A DNA stretch of 64,000 bases. It comes from Eledone cirrhosa. Taxonomy: Eukaryota. Under the pieces are notes generated by a model. It saw nothing but the letters and a program-made list of their open reading frames with translations. It did no database searches and had not been told where the DNA came from. Numbering within the stretch: position 1 is the stretch's first letter; each line of letters begins with the position of its first letter. Made by a program: the position numbers and the translations under genes. Below, piece after piece: positions 57,096 through 64,000 of this stretch. The DNA lies in the NCBI GenBank assembly GCA_964016885.1, contig OZ024757.1:15872001-15936000 (forward strand), read 5' to 3'.

Positions 57096-57454
57096 TCCGT
57101 GTATTCAATTACCAACACAACTACTGTGTTTATTGAAATTGTAGAGTGAACTGAAAATATTTGGCCAGCCGGTTTTAAGGTTACCCTCACATATGTTACA
57201 GAACCAACGTGAAAGAAACACCATGTACAATGAAAGGATACCACGCACAACTCGGTCCTCAAATTGTACCTATGACGTTACAGATATCAGCTGTTTCCGC
57301 CTACCACTATCCACACACAAGGTATTATTAATAAACCCGAGGCGATAGTAGAGGGCATTTGTCCAATGTGGCACGGCGCAAGGGACCATGAATCCACCCA
57401 GTGAGAGCAGATACGACCTCAAGTAGATGTGAATAGAACTCCTTAATAACACTT

Positions 57455-57645
57455 AATAACTGTTTCTACTTTAGGCACAAGGCCAACAAATACCCAGTGC
57501 ATTACTGGTACTTTATTTTATCGACCCCGTAAGGATGAAAGGCAAAGTCAACCACGGCGGGATTTGAACTCAGATCGTAAAGGGACGTAACTATGCTGGA
57601 AAGCATGATGTCTGACCCTCTACCGATACTGCCAATCCACCGCCC
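57455..57645 (-). mobile_element. Full-length SINE family S with TSD
   Basis: CTTAATAACACTTAATAAC on both sides (57442-57460 and 57647-57665). Confidence 0.9.
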
Positions 57646-59286
57646 ACTTAATAACACTTAATAACACTAAGTTCAGGAATCTGGAGATTGATGGCAGTAA
57701 ATGTGGAGATATTATGTAATAATCTGCTAATAAATGGGAAGTATAGATTGGATCTCCATTGGTTTCGACGATGAGTGTTCCAGTTTTTCAATCAATAGAA
57801 CAGCTTGCTCCTGAAGTGACTGAGCATTCCACAGACACGTGAAACTTTGAGTAATTCTCAGAGAGATTCAATGTGGTTGTGTGTGATAAGGTCATACCAT
57901 TGAATTACAGATACAATCCCGCACTGCACATGCTTTGAAACAGTTTCCCCTTTTCCAATTTCACTCACAAGTCATGGGTCAACCCGAAGCTATGGTAAAT
58001 GACACATGCGAAAGATGCAACGCTGGCAGTTGAGATCGAACTGGGGGCCTAACGATTACAAAGTTAAATTCTTAAGCATTAAGTAAAGCTATATCCACAA
58101 GCCACTGTCAATCAAAGGTGCAAAAATCAGTCAAAGTAAATTTTGCTTTTACCGTCCATTTTCATTTTAATTAAAAAAATATCTTAAGAAGTACATTTCA
58201 TACTTCTCACATTTCACGCCAGATATTTGGTGAAATACTTAAGAATTCGAAATGAAAATTTATATTTTTTTATTTTTAGATATTTATATACATATATATT
58301 TATTTATTTACTAATTTTATTTAACATTTATTTATGTATTCATTTTACATTTTGATTTTAATTTTATCAATTTTATTTTAACTTTATTTATTACCTTATA
58401 TATTTTATTTTATTTTAAATTTCCTCGTTGTTTAATTGGCAGAATAAATTCAAACATGGCGGAAAAAGTATTTCAATGTTTTGCTCCATTTATTTATTTA
58501 TTCACATGATATGTTTTTTATATATAACTATCTTCATGTATCTTATTTGAAGTAAAAAACGGCGAATAATATTAATTTTATGAAGAAAGAAAATTAAAAT
58601 TTAATTATATTCGCTTCATGTGTGATACATTAGTATTTCGTGAGAAAATTCTTTTTTTTTTAAATTAGTAAAATTAATTAATCAAACATTTTATAAGATT
58701 TGGAATATTTTATTGTAAGTCTTTTTTAATTAGATTTTTATGCTTTTTCTTTGCTTCATAATGTCTCTAGTTTACTGTAAATTGAATCCATATTCATAAT
58801 TCTCTTCTATTTATATTTAATATGCTCACAGATATTGTCAAGTAGAAACGAGTACTTGAAGAGGCAATGGCAATTCGTAAAATTCTTTAACATGCTGTCC
58901 GTAAGAAAAAAATAAGAACTTAATAAAAACTACACTAGAGCCGTTCGAGCGACAAATATAATGCATTACGTGTATTTGTTCCAGCTTTTTGCGCTTTGCT
59001 GTTCAAATCTAACCAAGGTTAAATTTGCCTTACAGTCTTTCGAGGTCGATAAATAAAGTATCAGTACTGGTATCGATTTTCTCTATATCTCTTTGTCTCT
59101 CTTTTTATTTATTTATTTATTTATTTATATATTTCCCTCTCTATATCTTTTTTCTTTCTTTCTCCTTCTCTCCTTATTTCTAAAAGCGTGTGAATTTGAA
59201 AAGAAAATATTCATGCCACTGGCAAATAATTGGTGGGGGAAGAATATGGAGAAAGAAGACGAATTGTAGAACAATCACTCTCCCTG

Positions 59287-59376
<90 letters not shown>

Positions 59377-59754
59377 AAATATATTAGTTATATATATATA
59401 TATATATATATATAAATATATTAGTAATATATAAATATATTGGTAATATATATATATATATATAAAATATTAAAAAAATAATGAATAAAACAATGAAACA
59501 GTTCCTTATATTAAACAAAAAAAGTTCATTATTTAACGATCGCTTCTAGGACATATATGTGTTAGAATTGGCATGCATATTCAACTTTTGGTAGATTTAT
59601 CTACATATATATATATATATATGTATAAATATATTAGTAATATATATATATATATATATAATTGGCATGCATATTCAACTTTTGGTAGATTTATCTACAT
59701 ATATATATATATGTATAAATATATTAGTAATATATATATATATAAATATATTGG

Positions 59755-59807
<53 letters not shown>

Positions 59808-59906
59808 AAATATATTGGTAATATATATATATAAATATATATATAAATATATATATATAAATATATTGGTAATATATATATATATATATATATATAAATA
59901 TATTAG

Positions 59907-59954
<48 letters not shown>

Positions 59955-59965
59955 AAATATATTAG

Positions 59966-60014
<49 letters not shown>

Positions 60015-60020
60015 TATTGG

Positions 60021-60075
<55 letters not shown>

Positions 60076-60209
60076 TATTGGTAATATATATATATGTATA
60101 TATATATTGGTAATATATATATATATATATATATATGTGTGTATAAATATATTAGTGATATACATATATATATATATAAAATATAATAGTAATATATATA
60201 TATATATAT

Positions 60210-60256
<47 letters not shown>

Positions 60257-60273
60257 ATAAATATATATATTAT

Positions 60274-60345
<72 letters not shown>

Positions 60346-60375
60346 ATAAATATATATATTATATACATATATATA

Positions 60376-60417
<42 letters not shown>

Positions 60418-60431
60418 ATAAATATATATAT

Positions 60432-60527
<96 letters not shown>

Positions 60528-62769
60528 TAACCTCAGAGACCTCAGTGCTTTGCACACTGCCAACATCATAGAAAACCACATAATTAATATTTTGAAGAGA
60601 ACAATCTAATTAGGTTAAAAAAAACTAGTGACAGAATAAGTATTATACTTACATAGACATCGAGTGTGTACATACACACACACACACTCACACACACACA
60701 TATATATATATAAAAAACTTATAATTACATAGCCATTGAGGTTTTACATATATATATATATGTGTGTGTGTGTGGGTGTATATTTATATAGTTTGATATA
60801 TATAACAAACTACATTTTTTTTAATGTAATATAGCATTTTATTTTTTATATATATAAAGTTACTGCCGATCTAAGTATAAATTGTGCATGTGTGTGTGTG
60901 TGTGTGTGCGTGTGCGTGCATGTATACACTGAAAGGCCTTTACTGCATGTACTATTAAAACTGCTCTCGACATGAATCAAATATTGCCAGAGAGACTGTC
61001 AGTAGTTTAAGATTAACGGAGCTAAATGAATTAGTATGTATCTAAATATATTGTATAAACACTTCTTTATTTAATTTGTTGATAAAGATTAAACGTTCTC
61101 AGTCTTGTTGACGTCAGAGTTTCCATATTCAATCTATAAATCCAAGAGCTAAAAGAATGTGTTTGCCTCCAGTTAAAAGGTGTATAGCGATGAAATAGCA
61201 GAGTCATTAGAGCGTCGAATATGTTACTTTGTGGTATTCGTTCCGGCTGGATCACTGCGGTCTAAGTTCAAAACCTGCCGGGACCAACTTTGCTCCTTCA
61301 TTCTTTCTAGGCAAGTTATGATAAGAACATTTGCCCAAGATACACTGCAAAGGGATCGAACTCGGAACCTGATTTGGCCATAATTGAGACCAGTAGATAG
61401 CGGCTTTCATAGAGACCACGTGGCGGCGTGTGGCCTGAGTTGTTTGTTGTGAAAATAAAGACCAGCAGTAACTGGTGTTTTAGCCCGCACTGGACTGTCC
61501 TTCCGTTCCGTTCAGAAGAACGTCTCACATACTCATTGACTTAACGCCAATGAAACTGGCATAAGGTCCGGCCTGATGAATCTCCGCATTTGGGGACAGA
61601 TATTAATACTTTTTATATACTCTATAATAAAAGTCACGTGGAGACACGTTGCTAAGTGGAAATGCGTTGGATTTAAGATTATAATGACGTGGGTTCGATT
61701 CATGGACTGGGTTTTTTCGTTCTGAGTTTGTCTTTAATCCTTAATGTGTCGATAAAATAAAGTACCAGTAACTCACTGGAGTTGATTTAATCGACTTTCA
61801 CCTTCGCCAAAATTGTTGGCCATATATTACCAAGGAAAGTAAAGGAAAGCTTAAGAGTATTAAAATTTCTCCAAGCAATATACACAGAAAACCTGTAACT
61901 CAGCACTCCTGGCTAATCGCCGTCGGCCACATACTATTCTTACTCGCTCCGACATGTTATCATTCCATAGGCCCTTAAATAATATAAATGCTAACCGCAA
62001 CAAACCATAATATTCTAGAATCAACAAAACCGTCATGATTCCATTGCAATGGAAATGGTTTTAAAAATAATAGTGAGTGTCGACCTATATCTGAGATAAT
62101 TCAATGGCGCACAAATTTCTCATGCGTTGTGTTGAGAAAAATTGAATTAGTCTGCCAAAAAGTGTATTCCAATGACCTGATCATTTCAAATATTTGAGAA
62201 ATTACAAAAAGAAATCTAACAAAAAAAAAACGAACGATCCCAAAAAAGAAAAAAAAACGTTCAAAGAAACGACATTTGTAGGAATTCGACCTGATAGAAA
62301 AACTACAAAATCACTCGGAAAGGTAGCGACAGAAAGCTGTGTTCTCTAACAAAATTACAGAAAATATTTTCCATTAATCCATAGACTGAAATATACAGTG
62401 CTGTGACGGTAATACATATCGAAGTAACAAAAAATTGAACAAAAAAAGAGCGTCGTATATAAAAACGTTATTTTACTTTACCACGGGTTGTAAAATTTCG
62501 TAGCCATCTTGTCGGTTTACCAGAGAAGCAGAAACTTACCTAAAATTAGAAGAAAAAGACACATACATAAATAAAAAGAATCCTACATTAGTTGGTTCAA
62601 GAAACATAATGTTATATAATGTTATGGATGTTTGAACATTAATGAATAAAACAAAATTGATTTAGACATATTGGTTCCTTAAAAATAGCATAAGATGAAT
62701 GAATACAAACCTTCGATATACTTATTATATATATATAATATAATATAAATACAGATACACGAATATATA

Positions 62770-62860
<91 letters not shown>

Positions 62861-63080
62861 TATTATATAAATACAGATACACGAATATATACTTATACAA
62901 ATGAAAGCCAATACAAACATTACACAAATGTATATTATATTATTTCTAATATTAGTATTTCAAAAAAGCATTACGAATGATAAACACAAGTTATATAGAT
63001 TTATATATAAATATATATATATACAAACATACATATATATATATACTGTATATATATATATATGTATATATTTACATATA

Positions 63081-63295
63081 AAGAGAGTGTGGTAAGATAC
63101 CAGGTAGACCATAACGCACCACAATACTCACTACTTAGGCTAGTAGAGTGGGTAATAGGAAAAGAGAAGCCGTCGAAACGGCTTGAGCTCTGCCGTCGGG
63201 GTCATACATTTTCCTATTACCCACTCTACTACCCTAAGTATTGAGTACTCTGGTGCGTTATGGTCAATCTGGTTCCTTACCGCAACTCCTTCGAT
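63081..63295. mobile_element. Family A inverted pair (both arms tailed)
   Basis: Tail sequence at both ends; HHR 3' half only in the right arm. Confidence 0.7.
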
Positions 63296-63296
63296 T

Positions 63297-63328
<32 letters not shown>

Positions 63329-63410
63329 CATAGATATAGATATAAATACATATATCTGTGTGTGTATATGTATACTGGAAAGGTCAATGTTTTCTACGTT
63401 TATTGTGGGG

Positions 63411-63456
<46 letters not shown>

Positions 63457-63462
63457 ACATAT

Positions 63463-63492
63463 AATAGCAGAATGGCCCGGCGTTGCTCGGGA
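63463..63492 (-). mobile_element. Possible Helitron-type 3' terminus
   Basis: Minus strand reads CCCGAGCAACGCCGGG (imperfect hairpin) then 8 nt and CTAT, near the CTRR consensus. Confidence 0.4.
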
Positions 63493-64000
63493 TTCTAAAC
63501 ATAGACTGGCACGTTTATCCCTCCTTTCTGAAACAGTACAGAGAAGTACGGTACACCTCGGCCTGGGGATGGTGTCTACATTTTCTGCTTATAAAAAAAA
63601 TTCGTCGTAGATTACCAGGGGTTTAACTTAATTGGGTTGTTGAGAGTAAAATGTTCAACCCACGAAAGCCAAAACGATAGGGTTAAGTAAAAAGGCATTT
63701 GACAAACCGAACATGTATTTGTTGTGCTATGGTACAATGAAAGCAATAGTTACAGAGCAGTAAGCATGTCAGACTGCAGTGGTGGAGAGCATGAAGGAAA
63801 TATAGTTGGATACTTCTAAGGTTACAGACCCTAACACAAGCAAAATGCTAAACAATACGGTCCCCGCTCAAAGATTTGAAATCTTTTTCAGTCAAGAACA
63901 TTTGTGAAACATAAGTAATGCATATGCAAAGTTAAAAAAAAATCGGTTGGGTACTTCTCGAGTTACAGGCCCTAACGCAACCAAAATGCTTTAAAAAATC

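Noticed and set aside
61550-61580. Hammerhead from GAAAC..GTC..CTGATGA
   Set aside because: Only 4 nt are available for stem I and no convincing stem II or III is present.

Overview
This is AT-rich, repeat-saturated animal genomic DNA. The SINE and microsatellite repertoire suggests a coleoid cephalopod such as Octopus (inference). No host gene can be called with confidence, and nearly all listed ORFs are (TA)n/(CA)n artefacts. The two real long ORFs belong to Penelope-like elements (PLEs; RT plus C-terminal GIY-YIG) at about 34.4-39.2 kb and 42.7-47.2 kb. Both are 5'-truncated and joined to an inverted copy of their own 3' end. The main signal is more than 20 short fold-back insertions from about 10 unrelated sequence families, sitting in (TA)n tracts. 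Several carry hammerhead ribozyme (HHR) motifs, two families match the 3' ends of the two PLEs here, and most follow one rule: one arm keeps a terminal tail while the inverted arm stops at a family-specific point. Also present are tRNA-derived SINEs, hAT and mariner MITEs, RTE-type LINE and Tc1/mariner relics, several minisatellites, and a pair of homologous exon-like islands. All alignments and folds were done by eye.
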